Origin: an uncultured virus (IMG/VR IMGVR_UViG_3300034101_003746)
Taxonomy: Duplodnaviria > Heunggongvirae > Uroviricota > Caudoviricetes
IMG/VR virus record: IMGVR_UViG_3300034101_003746
DNA: 64,000 nt
Strand: one strand, 5' to 3'
Position 1 is the first letter of the stretch, and each line of letters opens with the position of its first letter. The translations under genes were made by a program, and so were the position numbers. Positions 47,301 to 57,705 of this stretch are shown here, one piece after another. The notes below the pieces were generated by a model. The model worked only from the letters and a program-made list of their open reading frames with translations. It had not been told where the DNA came from and made no database searches.

Positions 47301-50241
47301 CAAAAACATTTCCAACACCGTGTCCTAAAAAATTATCAACCAAAATACCATTTTTAAATCTTATTCCATCATCATCAAATATTGGCTTATCATTTGCAGA
47401 TCTCTCGAGCAGAGACAACGAAGTGTAATATTCAATATTACGAATACGTGATTCGATATCACCGATATCTCTCATTGTATATCTACGATTATCGATATAC
47501 TGCATAGTAATATCATTGATATTAGCTGTATATGCAGGAACAGTAATCGTGTATAGTGCCATCGCTCCAGGAGGAGTTTCTGGAGCAAGTGGAGTAAATG
47601 AAGGAATTCCTGGAACGATACTAAAAGAATTATTTGAATGTGCAACCAATTTATCAATTCTAGACAAATAAAATTCTGCAGTAATATCCATCGCAGTATT
47701 CGGATCAATTAGTATATTTCCAGAATTATTGACTAATGAAGTGCTAGCCTGATTAGTTAGAACACCAGAATAAACCAAGTCGGGTCTAAAATCTATAACG
47801 TCAGATAAAAATCTGCCTTTATATACAGGTATATTGTTTCGATCAACAGAGTATGAATTTGCTGTATAGAATCTAGCTCCATTAGGGGAATTGCCCCTAA
47901 CAAAATATTGATATTGCACTGTTATGCTTGAAGAAATTGTCCCGTCTCCAATATATCTAATGCGAGCATTGGTATAATGATCATCTCTTTGACCATCATC
48001 AAAAAGTTCAAACATGCTTGTGGCGTCAGGACCAGTAATGCTGTTGCCTATAGTAACCTTTATGATATTAACAGCATCTGGTTTTGATAATTTGAATACT
48101 GAAGCAGTGTTGGTATCTGATAAAACTATAGTTTCAGTAATAGTATCTAAAGTTTTAGGCGTATGAGTTGCATTTACAAATCTGATTGATGATATAACAT
48201 GATATGCCGAATTTGTTCCAAAATTTTGTGACTCGATTGTTTTTTGCGTTAACGTATTTGTAACATATCTCCATGTATTATTCGCACCGCTACCATAAGT
48301 AAAAACATTTCCACCAACGAGTATAACAGAATCTTCGAAATTTGAAAATTCTCCTCCTCCAGATGGTAAAGTTATAGACAGTTGTTCGTAGCCACCATTG
48401 CTAGTGTTTGGAGTAACCCCAGTAAAATATGTTTTTCCATAAAACGAAAAATTATTAATTTGTTTTGCGCTATGATACGGCAAATTAAAATAGCCTAGCG
48501 TAGAAGAATTTTCGTTTAATACGCTTTGCAAACTATCAATCGTAAAAATAAAAGCTCCATTAGTTATAGTGTTTATGTCATCAAATCTATACAACGAAGT
48601 GTCTTCAAATTTTACATCATACACATAGCATCTATAGTTTGTAGAACCAGCAATTGCCTCTACTGATTTTATCTTGCATGTTCCAATTTTAGGTGTTACT
48701 CCAGTCTTTTTTAAATCATAGACTGCATTAACTGTTCCAATATTTGGAAGCGACGTACCGCTTATTGCTCCAATAAAATAACTTCCAACACTAGCACTTA
48801 AACTAAGTTTTGATTCTATGATATGCGACTCATCTCGTGCTTTTGGAGCATTAATATTTAATGGAGATTTTAATTCAACTCTATTTCCATCAACGTATGC
48901 AGTCGATGGTTCTACCGTAATATTAAATCTATCTTTAGCATCATTAATAGCTATTAATTTTTGACCCAAAGTTGCAACCTGATAGCCTGCAAGATCAAGA
49001 TCATCCGCCTTATAGGTACCATAAACAAATCCAGGTTCTAAAACACGTCCGGTACCGATAGTACTTGGAGCATTCGCTGTTGCTATAAACGTATGACCAA
49101 CAGATGGATTTGAACCCGCTCCAACAGTTGTCCAATTCGTAGTTCCAATATCTTGAATCGTATATCTATTTCCATCTACTATACCTGTTGCAGGCAACTC
49201 ACTTCCATCATATAATTCTCTAATGCGTGCTATAAATGGATTTAATGTATAATTTCCAGATTCTTCTCTTGTTCGTTGAGCTAAAATAGAATTTATTTCT
49301 TTATACTTATCAGTTACAATAAATTCTTTAGGACGTGAATTTTCAATAAATAGCAGTTTAATAAAACCACGATTTAAAATAGGTGTTATTTTAATTGTAT
49401 CAAATTCGCTTGTTGTATACCACTTTAATGTTAAATTAATTTGATATCGATCTGCTCCTGGGGCAGTATAATTTGGGGTGCCTGCTGCATTATCATATAA
49501 AGAACTATCTTCAGTTGCGCTTACTTGAGTTTCTTCTGCCAACAATATTGCATAGCCATTAACTACATCAGACAACCCAGTTTTATCAACAAAGAGATAT
49601 TGTTGTGGAGCAGCAACAAACGATCCTCTAGTATAAAATACTCCGCTTGCACAAGAAAATCCAAATGCCAATCCAGTGCTTACAGCAGACAGTGTTGTTG
49701 TTTGTGGAGTATTAGCTGTAACTTTTGTTAATTGAATATTATAAACAGTATTTGCGCTACCAGTATCCAAAAATTCCCTAATATTTTCATTATTTTGACT
49801 TATTACTGAATTTTCATAAGATATATAAAATCTTATTTGCTTTATCGTAGCATTAGAAACGCTAGTTACATCCTTATAATCATAAATTTTCGCCTTTAAG
49901 CCGTTTGTATGAGTAATATACTCTGCCTTATCTAAAACATCTTGATAGTTATATACAGTGAGACCCTCAGTAACTGTTATATTATTAGGTATATTAAGAG
50001 TTATTGAATAAATCTTTTCTAAAAAAGTTGTTTCACCACCAATTATTGCAGTATCATCTTTCCAAACACTAGATCCAAGACGATTAATTTGTTCTTGAAG
50101 AATAGTTTGTAATTGGTTAATCTCTCTGACCTGTACACTATAACCAGGTTTAAATAATATACGCAGATAGTTTTTGTCTGCATTTTTCGACTCGTTAAAG
50201 TCGTCATAATATGTTTGAGAATATGATGTAACAGTTGACAT
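44371..50241 (-). CDS. Large baseplate/virion structural protein (DUF4815/VrlC-like)
   Basis: YYDDF..KNYLRILFKPG.SVQ.RE.NQLQ, APGADR, RT.EESGNY, RRYTMRDIG, YYTSLSLLE, DPLAQSF, DFRAIA. Confidence 0.88.
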   Translation of the reverse strand: MSTVTSYSQTYYDDFNESKNADKNYLRILFKPGYSVQVREINQLQTILQEQINRLGSSVWKDDTAIIGGETTFLEKIYSITLNIPNNITVTEGLTVYNYQDVLDKAEYITHTNGLKAKIYDYKDVTSVSNATIKQIRFYISYENSVISQNNENIREFLDTGSANTVYNIQLTKVTANTPQTTTLSAVSTGLAFGFSCASGVFYTRGSFVAAPQQYLFVDKTGLSDVVNGYAILLAEETQVSATEDSSLYDNAAGTPNYTAPGADRYQINLTLKWYTTSEFDTIKITPILNRGFIKLLFIENSRPKEFIVTDKYKEINSILAQRTREESGNYTLNPFIARIRELYDGSELPATGIVDGNRYTIQDIGTTNWTTVGAGSNPSVGHTFIATANAPSTIGTGRVLEPGFVYGTYKADDLDLAGYQVATLGQKLIAINDAKDRFNITVEPSTAYVDGNRVELKSPLNINAPKARDESHIIESKLSLSASVGSYFIGAISGTSLPNIGTVNAVYDLKKTGVTPKIGTCKIKSVEAIAGSTNYRCYVYDVKFEDTSLYRFDDINTITNGAFIFTIDSLQSVLNENSSTLGYFNLPYHSAKQINNFSFYGKTYFTGVTPNTSNGGYEQLSITLPSGGGEFSNFEDSVILVGGNVFTYGSGANNTWRYVTNTLTQKTIESQNFGTNSAYHVISSIRFVNATHTPKTLDTITETIVLSDTNTASVFKLSKPDAVNIIKVTIGNSITGPDATSMFELFDDGQRDDHYTNARIRYIGDGTISSSITVQYQYFVRGNSPNGARFYTANSYSVDRNNIPVYKGRFLSDVIDFRPDLVYSGVLTNQASTSLVNNSGNILIDPNTAMDITAEFYLSRIDKLVAHSNNSFSIVPGIPSFTPLAPETPPGAMALYTITVPAYTANINDITMQYIDNRRYTMRDIGDIESRIRNIEYYTSLSLLERSANDKPIFDDDGIRFKNGILVDNFLGHGVGNVFDKQYKCSVDRKNNVLRPLTKTQNIDMRIKSDVINGLIDSNKLKIHHSIITLNYDEVDLISQLQSTNTISVQPHLLAKVEGNIVLSPSSDNWKETTVQPDLIIQDDSAFDAIKYIASDPDVDILGYDYQHWETYRTTLLNKTVDVDVVKKNGPDPKKPNVNRTVTTTTTTTEDFQLDQSRTGTLTTLTSSNVNQSIGEYLREVSIIPYIRSRRVYFAATGFLPNTRLYPFFDKKDISGYTQRLQSSAFITPADQAKISSAIQEFKDLTPDKLPVNLPGIPLNSFGIPAKWDGITPRTQFSDELFTDENGSLYGSFIIPNNNILKFNTGERIFRLVDDKRNDEEDTNTYGEAIYTAYGMSSISQESIISTKVPQFNVQNLTEKRTVFDQHIQVDINTVTYKDPLAQSFVIESNTFKEGVFVTSVDLYFSKKGTTAPVWISILTMKNGYPTNTIVPYSVVEKLPTEVNISDDASLATTFTFKNPIFLKSNDEYCIYIQSFDPAYECYYCIYGKKDTSTGAPIIQQDYLGVFFTSSNSQTWTAYQDRDLKFKLRRAKFKSPTSNNMPASGEVQFERTLHTGISKIEFVDDGSGNDGRGSKYTRPPIVLIAPNGDEEATPIAATAEAEIDPITQKLTNIKITNRGSGYTLPPIVSITNVIDGGGPGIGDAPAAAAAFLESVPVSMYNLKQSSMIPSSTSLTNRISFGGEDEIYIKNNETYNIPNTYLPTNSNILTNDSNRTVTITSKLFTSDDSISPVIDLDGTSLLTIANIINDDSQKEGVQVHVNSIATAGNTTTLTDTKKQWTTNEWRTIKPSKLKITGGTGSGQQFTIVSNTNDTLTFSPASSVNLNATSEYIIVDNISTLVGNAKARYITRKVNLNNPSDRLNIYLSANRPTENTNINVYVKFGYDKFTSDDLLDWELVTPTTTLPVSSNSKDYKEAEYVVNPLTDFISFQVKIVLLSNNIVDIPTVRDFRAIATI

Positions 50242-51692
50242 TATAATTGAATAATAATTTTTATTTGTTCAGTTTGAGATTCTGCACGAGTAACAGCTCT
50301 ACGATTTTCAGTAAATAATACTTCACCTGTAAGAGGAGTGTATTCATTTCCAACTACTGATGCATAACTAATTTGCGTTGCATTTTTTACGTGTGTAATA
50401 TAACCACTGGTCCCAGGTTTTATTAATCCATAACCAGTAGCATCATTTTGATGAAAGTATATGCGATGTTGTCCATCGACTAGATCGTATGCATCATAAA
50501 ATGCTCGTGGATTTGGGCTTCCAGGAAGCCCATTAAATGTTATTACGTCTCCAGTTATCAATCCATTCAATTGCGGTAAAGCAGAAATAACTAGATAGCG
50601 ACATGCTGCAAGCGTATCGATAGTTTCATCTGTTTCTATTGTGCTTGGTTCAAATTCAGGATTTCTAATCACAGATATTTGACGATACGGAATATAAAGA
50701 CCATCATCAGAAATATTGCCTGCTGCAGAAACTGCAATCGAAACATACCAAGCAGGAAGTATGCTTGATGGTTTGTATGCAAATCCTTCAATTGGTGAAA
50801 TTTTAGGAGTTATTATCGCACCAGATCCTAAACCAGGTCCTTCTAAAGAAGAAAAATCAAAATGACCCCCCAATATAGATAAACTATCTTCATTATTATA
50901 ATCCCAATTGGTTGGCAAACTTACAGATACTATCTTTCTTGTAACAGGATCAATTACAATTTGACAAGGGATTGATTCAGTGCTTTCATTTTCATAATTT
51001 GCAATAAATTGTATAGATGTTATTGTGGGATTATAATCGCTGCCTCCATTCATAACACTAAATCCATATAAAAGACCACCAGAATCATTTTGCGCAGACG
51101 TCGCTTCTGCGCCCTCAAGCGTATCACTATTTACTGTAATAAATTGATCAGTGTTGATTATTGTTGAATCACTAAGATTTATTTTATCAACTAGTGCCCA
51201 TACATAATTGTCTGAAGCTACGTATGCTCCATAACCAGGTTGTAACGGAGTGACTGTAGATAGACCATTGCCAGTTAATCCTGCGCGCAAACACAAGTAA
51301 ATATTTCCATTAACAACCGTATAGCATGGATTTAGCACTTCTCCACCAGTTCGCACCGCAGGATAAAAACAACTGTCATCAGTTGGATCATACTCCTTAA
51401 AATAAGAGTTTGTTTTATATTTAATATTTGGTATTACTAAACCAGTATCTGTATTGCGAACACGTATAAGAGTAGTCAAATTAGACAATACTTCCCGCTC
51501 ATCGTTTGGTGTTCCGATTGGTGTTGGAACAATAAATGATGATTCGTTTTCACCTAACCACCGATCAGATTTTCCAATTCCAACATAATATCCATTATTA
51601 TCATTAATATTAATACTAGGTTCAGTCTTCAAGTCTGATAATAGAAGTGATGCGGTTCTTCTACGAAAATTTTCTGTTATTATTGCTGCCAT
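50241..51692 (-). CDS. gp8: Baseplate wedge subunit gp8-like
   Basis: MAAIITENFR, YYVGIGK, IYLCL, D.YVW, YRQI, GEVLF.ENR..TR...Q.E.IKIIIQL. Confidence 0.8.
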   Translation of the reverse strand: MAAIITENFRRRTASLLLSDLKTEPSININDNNGYYVGIGKSDRWLGENESSFIVPTPIGTPNDEREVLSNLTTLIRVRNTDTGLVIPNIKYKTNSYFKEYDPTDDSCFYPAVRTGGEVLNPCYTVVNGNIYLCLRAGLTGNGLSTVTPLQPGYGAYVASDNYVWALVDKINLSDSTIINTDQFITVNSDTLEGAEATSAQNDSGGLLYGFSVMNGGSDYNPTITSIQFIANYENESTESIPCQIVIDPVTRKIVSVSLPTNWDYNNEDSLSILGGHFDFSSLEGPGLGSGAIITPKISPIEGFAYKPSSILPAWYVSIAVSAAGNISDDGLYIPYRQISVIRNPEFEPSTIETDETIDTLAACRYLVISALPQLNGLITGDVITFNGLPGSPNPRAFYDAYDLVDGQHRIYFHQNDATGYGLIKPGTSGYITHVKNATQISYASVVGNEYTPLTGEVLFTENRRAVTRAESQTEQIKIIIQL

Positions 51693-51713
51693 ATAGTGTA
51701 TAGATTATGTCTT

Positions 51714-51721
51714 TATTTATA
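51714..51721 (-). promoter_or_regulatory. T4-type late promoter TATAAATA
   Basis: Exact match, intergenic, upstream of gp8. Confidence 0.75.
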
Positions 51722-51739
51722 TCAAATAATTATATTATT

Positions 51740-53098
51740 TTATTTGTTTTCAAGTTCATCGAGTCGATCTTGGAGAGTTTCAACAATTGTTATTAATTTT
51801 TTTACGGTACCGTATAAAGATGCATAGATTTGATCAGAATTGAATGACAGACAGTCATCTATCGAATCTTCTGATATTATTGTGCCATCGGCATCTTTAA
51901 TTTGATTATAAACAAATTTATGCTCAGATACTGCCTTTGGAAATACTGCTTGGACGTCTTGAGCAATCCATCCAATTTTATTTCTGTCTGGAACCTGTTC
52001 GGTGGAATAGATTTGATCTTTCCATCTATAACGCTTAAGAGGAAGAGATTTTATGGCATCATAACACTGATCTAAATCAGCCTCTTCAATATTTTCCTTT
52101 AGTCTTTCATCTGATGCTACCGTCCATGTACTTGTACTTGGTTTTGCTGCGCTGTCTACTGATAGTTGTAGTCTATACGGAGTCGGGGATGCAGTCGATG
52201 AGTTAATAGTAACAAAGTTTGAAGTTGAATCAGCGCTTCTAAAATATGTGACATTGGCATCAATATATGCTGCATTTGCACTGCCGCTATGACTGCTTCC
52301 GTATAGTTCTATATTTGCACCGTTTGCTCCTGCTCCACCCGCTAAAACTATTCCAGACGAGTTTGAGTTAGAAGAAATAACACGATTTGTATTAATTTGA
52401 ATTCCAGCAGATGAAATGTCTAGCGGACACACCGGGGTGGCTGTTCCAATACCAATATTATTTAAACCATCAATATATAAACTAGTATTTACTACATCAG
52501 GATTATTTCCGTATGATCCAATCTTTCTTATGGCAAATGATGAACCTGAAGCATTGAGCAAATCATCATGCATGTCCAAAGTAATTACTTGAGAATTAAA
52601 TCCTCCTATTTGACGTAAGTATGCCCAATCACTGCTAGCACCGGCTGGTCCAAAAACTGCATATGTATTTGTTCTATTCGATACATTAATTTCTTGTTGC
52701 AAATCAGTAGTCGATGCAACTGTGCCTTGACTTGTGGTAGCACCTCCTAAATATATAGCGCCATTTACATATAATTTTTCAGTAGGAGTAGCTGTTCCAA
52801 TTCCAACGTTGCCATTAGAATTTATAACAAATTGAGTAGTTGTGTTGTTTTCCAACGCTAATATATTACCTGTACCAGACTGTTTAATGCGTACTGCATT
52901 TCCACTAGTATCTGCAGTAATGTTTGCGCCTCCGGTAATAATGCTAGACAGACCATTTGCTAATATTTGAGCGGTTACACGCTTATTTGTACCAGTAATC
53001 GATGACATTGTTGGATCGCTAACGTCAACAACTTCAAACAGATCATTAGTTGCAATATTGTCTGCAGGTATAAGAGAAGTTAATTTTATTTTATACAT
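51740..53098 (-). CDS. Tail fibre with peptidase S74 chaperone
   Basis: GNVGIGTATP repeats; SDERLKENI...GWIAQDV. Confidence 0.85.
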   Translation of the reverse strand: MYKIKLTSLIPADNIATNDLFEVVDVSDPTMSSITGTNKRVTAQILANGLSSIITGGANITADTSGNAVRIKQSGTGNILALENNTTTQFVINSNGNVGIGTATPTEKLYVNGAIYLGGATTSQGTVASTTDLQQEINVSNRTNTYAVFGPAGASSDWAYLRQIGGFNSQVITLDMHDDLLNASGSSFAIRKIGSYGNNPDVVNTSLYIDGLNNIGIGTATPVCPLDISSAGIQINTNRVISSNSNSSGIVLAGGAGANGANIELYGSSHSGSANAAYIDANVTYFRSADSTSNFVTINSSTASPTPYRLQLSVDSAAKPSTSTWTVASDERLKENIEEADLDQCYDAIKSLPLKRYRWKDQIYSTEQVPDRNKIGWIAQDVQAVFPKAVSEHKFVYNQIKDADGTIISEDSIDDCLSFNSDQIYASLYGTVKKLITIVETLQDRLDELENK

Positions 53099-53107
53099 TG
53101 TTTTATT

Positions 53108-55354
53108 TTATTGTTCTAATATTTTATCGTCTTCGTCTTCGTATATTCTAGTATTATCGTTTTCTAATATATATTCGAATGATTCTGTAGGTGGAATAAT
53201 ATTAGGCGAACTATTCGCTTCATTTTCTAATAGTATAGTATCTCCAGTTTCAAATAATATTTCTTCAGAATCTTCATAAATTATCGGCGAAGTAAATGAT
53301 ATTTCTGGAGGAGTATAGTCCGTTATATAACTAAAATTATAATTAAAAATATTATTCTCAAATACGTCATAGCTATAACTTTCAGAATAGCTATCTTGTA
53401 TATAAGAGAAATATCCAGGATCATCTTCGTATCTAATAATTTGACTATAGTTCCATGGATAAAATCTACTAAATTTAGGATTTATTAATTTATTATAGCT
53501 AGATATATTATTAAATTCGATTTCATTGAATTTTTTATACGGTTCAATCGCATTATCAATTGTTTTATCGAGATAGCCGCTTATAAGTTCAGTTGAGTCT
53601 ACAAATTTAAACCAGTCTTGATATGTTTTATGTATAGTTTCATCACGAGAAACTGAATTTTTGCAGAACAGTTCTAGAAGAATATTACAGACCAGATTTT
53701 CATAGCTTCTATAGCCGTCAGGTGCAGTATTATTATTTACAACTATTAAAATATTTGGATCAGCATTAACCGATGTCGTAGTTGTCGGTATTACAAATTT
53801 AAATGAATTTCTAGTTAACTCTACGATCGTATGAGTTCCTGCTATTTTGTCATTTGTTGTATTTAATATTTTTATTCGATCATTGAGGTTGAACCCATGT
53901 CTAGGCGCAGAAACTTCAATCGGATATCCGCCATAATCGTTGCTATATTGATTGGTGACTATAATAGATCCTCCATTAACATACACATATTTTTGCTTTA
54001 AAGCAGAAAGAATAAACGTTAGTATTCGTTCTCCGCTATCTATCCATCCAGGTTGAAATCTAGGAGAATGATAACCTGGGTTTGGAGCACGATATGCATT
54101 TAGCCAAGAATAGTCTCCTTCTGGAATTTCTGCTCCATAATAATCTATTTCTTCATTCCATCTATTTGTATTAAAAATTTCAAGTACGAGAGATTTAAAT
54201 AGTTTTAAACCTGCAGGATGAACAAATTTTAGATATGGATTTTCCCATACGTCACGAGACAATCCAGAATATATTTCATATGAATAATTTTGCCAATAAT
54301 AGCTGTCTTGTAATTTATAGTTATGTGATAAAAATGATTTGTTATTTGTATAGTTCCAGTATTCTCCTTCAACTATTGTTTGGGTCCATATTGCAGGATT
54401 TAGTTGAATTAATTTATAAATTATAAGTTCATCAGAAGATTCTAGAGATAAAACTAATTCATTTAGATCAAGTCCTGGCCACGGAATTGCACGAATTGCA
54501 AAATCATTATGATATTCTATATCCTTCGTTTCATCTCCAGCTTTACTGTATTCTACATTTCTTTCTTCTGTCTCTGGTTCAACATAAACAATTTCTCTGA
54601 CTAGTTGTGTCCAACTAGCTTCATCCGGCCAAGTTGTGTCAGATAGGCTGTATGCAAAGGTATCTTTATACTGAAATCTCCATCTAAATGTTGTAGAATT
54701 TTCATTTGGCCAAGCAACCTTAATTATATGCGGCACGTTCGCTCCATAATCTTCTTCACCGTCTAATGACCATATATCATTTCTTACGTGAGTAAGAATT
54801 GGTCTTTTTGTATTATGATTTCTATTATTGGGTTTAGGAGGAGCAATATCCATCGAAGATATTACTTGTATATATTTTTTATTTGGATTTGTTGAAACTT
54901 GAGTTAAAGTTAAAGGATTAAATTCTCCCCACTCACCGCTTCCTCCAGATAAATCGAATAAAAAATCTTTTGGATAAAATATTCGTACAGTTTCATTGAA
55001 AAATATTTTAAAAAATGAATTGATACTGTCTTCTGAACCGCGCGTATGATAATATTTAAATATTATTTTGTATAGTGTAACTTTATCAACTACTTCAGAG
55101 TTTGGTATATTTCTAGCAATTAAGCTTTGTATTTCAGTCAAATATTCCTTTGAAGCAAAATCAATATCCTTTTCGCTTGTTATATTTTCTATTTGATACG
55201 ATGGCAGACCTGCTGTATTTAGATATTCATAATATTTTTCAATGAAATATATTAAATTTTCTGCAGTATCTTGCATAGACTCGGGAAATAATCCCGAGGT
55301 TTTTATAGCTTCGTTATGTCTACTACTTCTAGAATTTGCAGCACTTATTGACAT
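53108..55354 (-). CDS. gp7: Baseplate wedge subunit gp7-like
   Basis: FIEKYYEYL, YHTRGSEDS..FFKIFF, LQDSYYWQNYSY, VHPAGLKLF; position after gp6. Confidence 0.7.
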   Translation of the reverse strand: MSISAANSRSSRHNEAIKTSGLFPESMQDTAENLIYFIEKYYEYLNTAGLPSYQIENITSEKDIDFASKEYLTEIQSLIARNIPNSEVVDKVTLYKIIFKYYHTRGSEDSINSFFKIFFNETVRIFYPKDFLFDLSGGSGEWGEFNPLTLTQVSTNPNKKYIQVISSMDIAPPKPNNRNHNTKRPILTHVRNDIWSLDGEEDYGANVPHIIKVAWPNENSTTFRWRFQYKDTFAYSLSDTTWPDEASWTQLVREIVYVEPETEERNVEYSKAGDETKDIEYHNDFAIRAIPWPGLDLNELVLSLESSDELIIYKLIQLNPAIWTQTIVEGEYWNYTNNKSFLSHNYKLQDSYYWQNYSYEIYSGLSRDVWENPYLKFVHPAGLKLFKSLVLEIFNTNRWNEEIDYYGAEIPEGDYSWLNAYRAPNPGYHSPRFQPGWIDSGERILTFILSALKQKYVYVNGGSIIVTNQYSNDYGGYPIEVSAPRHGFNLNDRIKILNTTNDKIAGTHTIVELTRNSFKFVIPTTTTSVNADPNILIVVNNNTAPDGYRSYENLVCNILLELFCKNSVSRDETIHKTYQDWFKFVDSTELISGYLDKTIDNAIEPYKKFNEIEFNNISSYNKLINPKFSRFYPWNYSQIIRYEDDPGYFSYIQDSYSESYSYDVFENNIFNYNFSYITDYTPPEISFTSPIIYEDSEEILFETGDTILLENEANSSPNIIPPTESFEYILENDNTRIYEDEDDKILEQ

Positions 55355-55355
55355 A

Positions 55356-57239
55356 TTATCTATCTCTACTAAACGTTTTATAGTCTATCGAACGATCTGA
55401 TCCAGCAACAGATATAGAGTCTATTTCTCCAAATGTGTTAATTCTGTTTGTATCAATTCTTATAAGTTGATTTCTTCTAGCAACTATATCATTTGATGTT
55501 GGAATCAAGTCAAGAGATATGGTTTGTCTTGTGTTATCTACTATAATTGGAAGTAATCTTACTGTTCCTTCATTAAGATTTATTGTTCCAACATTATTAT
55601 CAACTATGATTTTTTCTCCATTAGTTACATCATAATAAAATAGATTTACATCTCGTAAATTCGAATCTGATATATTTTCAGTGTCTCCAAAATAATGTAA
55701 AACTCCATTTAATATAAATCCAGTTGATGAAATAACAACTTTTCCATCATCGGGTTGCAGTCTTGCGCCATATTTTAGATAAATTTCTTTTGGATTATCG
55801 GGATCAAGGACAAATGTTTTTGATAGATATACACGAATCAATGAATTCAAGATTGCTGGAGAAGACGTGTCTACAATTCTAGATAATAATGAATGTCTAA
55901 ACACTCCATCAAACATTTGTAAATTTTGTTCATTGAATAGTGCTATTTGATCATTTACTAGTTTTTCTACCTGGGTTGTTGCCAAATTTGTTAAATTTGG
56001 ATTATATTTAAACAACACATCAAGCACAATATCAATATGTTCAGGATCAACTATTTCAGGCATAATAGATAAAACCTTTTTTGATTTTAGATATGTCAAT
56101 AAATCTGTCTTTTCCTGTAAACTTAAATAGTCATCATCCTCATCAGAATTTTTCTTGATGCAAATAAAAACTTTTCCATATTGTGGTGGATCATTATCTT
56201 CGCCTCCCCATACTGATATAGACTTAGCATTTGAATAATGCGCATATATTAAAGTACGATAGTCGTCTGCTGTAACTGCTCTATCTTGAGAAATATATTG
56301 TAATGGAGCATTATATTTGATACTACTAATATCTTCTCTATTTGCACCTCTATAAGATACTTGTGTTGTAGTTACTTGAAATAAACTTACTCTTGATGTA
56401 TCTAAAAAGTCTGAATATGTAAATAGATTAATTTTGTTGCCACTTGCACCGTTTGAAACGACATAAGATAATTCCAAAATATTTAAATTATCAGGTCTTT
56501 TACCAAAAACATTATTTCCAAATGAAATTACATAATTTCCATTATAATTTTCATGTAAAAAATATATTCGTGATTCTTCATTGATGCCGTTAACATTATC
56601 AAATTCGCTATAAACTTCCATCAATTCAGTCATTCCTTCTGGATAGACTGAAACACTCAATGTTTTGGTATCGATATTTGTATTATCAATAACATATTCA
56701 TTTCTATCACGCAAATTATTAATTTGCATGCTAACTGTTTCAATATATCCCTGATGTAATACGACATCTCTTGCAATATACGAATTTGTTTGTGGTTGTT
56801 TAATACAAACTATGTCAGAAAGATTAGTAAAATCATAATTTTTACCTGTTTCATTGCTTAATACATTTCCACTAAATGCAGATCCTCTTGGAATCGTATA
56901 TTTTTCACTAGTTGGGTTTAGTAGTTGTACTTCAACGTCAACCTTAGCGGTTGCCGCGACAGCGCTACGTGGAGTATAACCGATAAGTTTCGCAGAAGAT
57001 ACTACATTTTGCCTCAATTGGGCGCTATCAATAAAAGTTTCATTTATCGCTAGATGTGCTAACATCGCGTTATAATGAGTGTTGTGTGCGAGCACATCGA
57101 TCAAGACATTTAAATTTGAGCCAGCATAGTCCCAATCCTTAAATGGAGTATCAGATGTCTTAAAATAATCTATTAAATTTTTCTTTATGTTAGCAAAGTC
57201 TAATTCACTAACATTTATTGATTGTACTGGAATAGGCAT
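55356..57239 (-). CDS. gp6: Baseplate wedge subunit gp6
   Basis: LDFANIKKNL, GSNLNVLIDVLAHNTHY, ETFIDSA, QDRAVTADDY, WGGED.DPPQYGKV. Confidence 0.92.
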   Translation of the reverse strand: MPIPVQSINVSELDFANIKKNLIDYFKTSDTPFKDWDYAGSNLNVLIDVLAHNTHYNAMLAHLAINETFIDSAQLRQNVVSSAKLIGYTPRSAVAATAKVDVEVQLLNPTSEKYTIPRGSAFSGNVLSNETGKNYDFTNLSDIVCIKQPQTNSYIARDVVLHQGYIETVSMQINNLRDRNEYVIDNTNIDTKTLSVSVYPEGMTELMEVYSEFDNVNGINEESRIYFLHENYNGNYVISFGNNVFGKRPDNLNILELSYVVSNGASGNKINLFTYSDFLDTSRVSLFQVTTTQVSYRGANREDISSIKYNAPLQYISQDRAVTADDYRTLIYAHYSNAKSISVWGGEDNDPPQYGKVFICIKKNSDEDDDYLSLQEKTDLLTYLKSKKVLSIMPEIVDPEHIDIVLDVLFKYNPNLTNLATTQVEKLVNDQIALFNEQNLQMFDGVFRHSLLSRIVDTSSPAILNSLIRVYLSKTFVLDPDNPKEIYLKYGARLQPDDGKVVISSTGFILNGVLHYFGDTENISDSNLRDVNLFYYDVTNGEKIIVDNNVGTINLNEGTVRLLPIIVDNTRQTISLDLIPTSNDIVARRNQLIRIDTNRINTFGEIDSISVAGSDRSIDYKTFSRDR

Positions 57240-57242
57240 TTT

Positions 57243-57674
57243 TTATCGTATTCTATTTAGGTAAAATATTATTTCTTCAGTTTTATCATAAGATACATTA
57301 AATTTTATATTTATTCTATATGAATTCTCGTCAGAATTATCAGATACAGATACTTCAAACACATCAATACGGGGTTCATATTTTTTAATCACGTTGCTTA
57401 TTTTCACTTGCAATTCATATGCAGTAAACGAATCAACGTTTTCAAATAATAATTCATAAATGCCAGAATTAATTTCTGGCTGAAATAAACGACTATTGGC
57501 TGTACCCAATATTAAATTTTTAAGTGATTGTTTTACGCTATCTAGATCCTTAATTGGAAATATATCCTTTATTACTGGATGAACTGCAAAATTATTTGGT
57601 ATATCTGTATATAAATCAGTTCTAGATATATTAGAAGATCTAGTTTCATTATAGTCTGATAAAATCGTACTCAC
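57243..57674 (-). CDS. gp25: Baseplate wedge subunit gp25
   Basis: SVKQSLKNLI...RLFQP...LLFE...YEPRI. Confidence 0.9.
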   Translation of the reverse strand: MSTILSDYNETRSSNISRTDLYTDIPNNFAVHPVIKDIFPIKDLDSVKQSLKNLILGTANSRLFQPEINSGIYELLFENVDSFTAYELQVKISNVIKKYEPRIDVFEVSVSDNSDENSYRINIKFNVSYDKTEEIIFYLNRIR

Positions 57675-57679
57675 TAAAC

Positions 57680-57687
57680 TATTTATA
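57680..57687 (-). promoter_or_regulatory. T4-type late promoter TATAAATA
   Basis: Exact match, 5 nt before GTG 57674. Confidence 0.75.
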
Positions 57688-57705
57688 TAAAAATAAATAG
57701 TAAAA

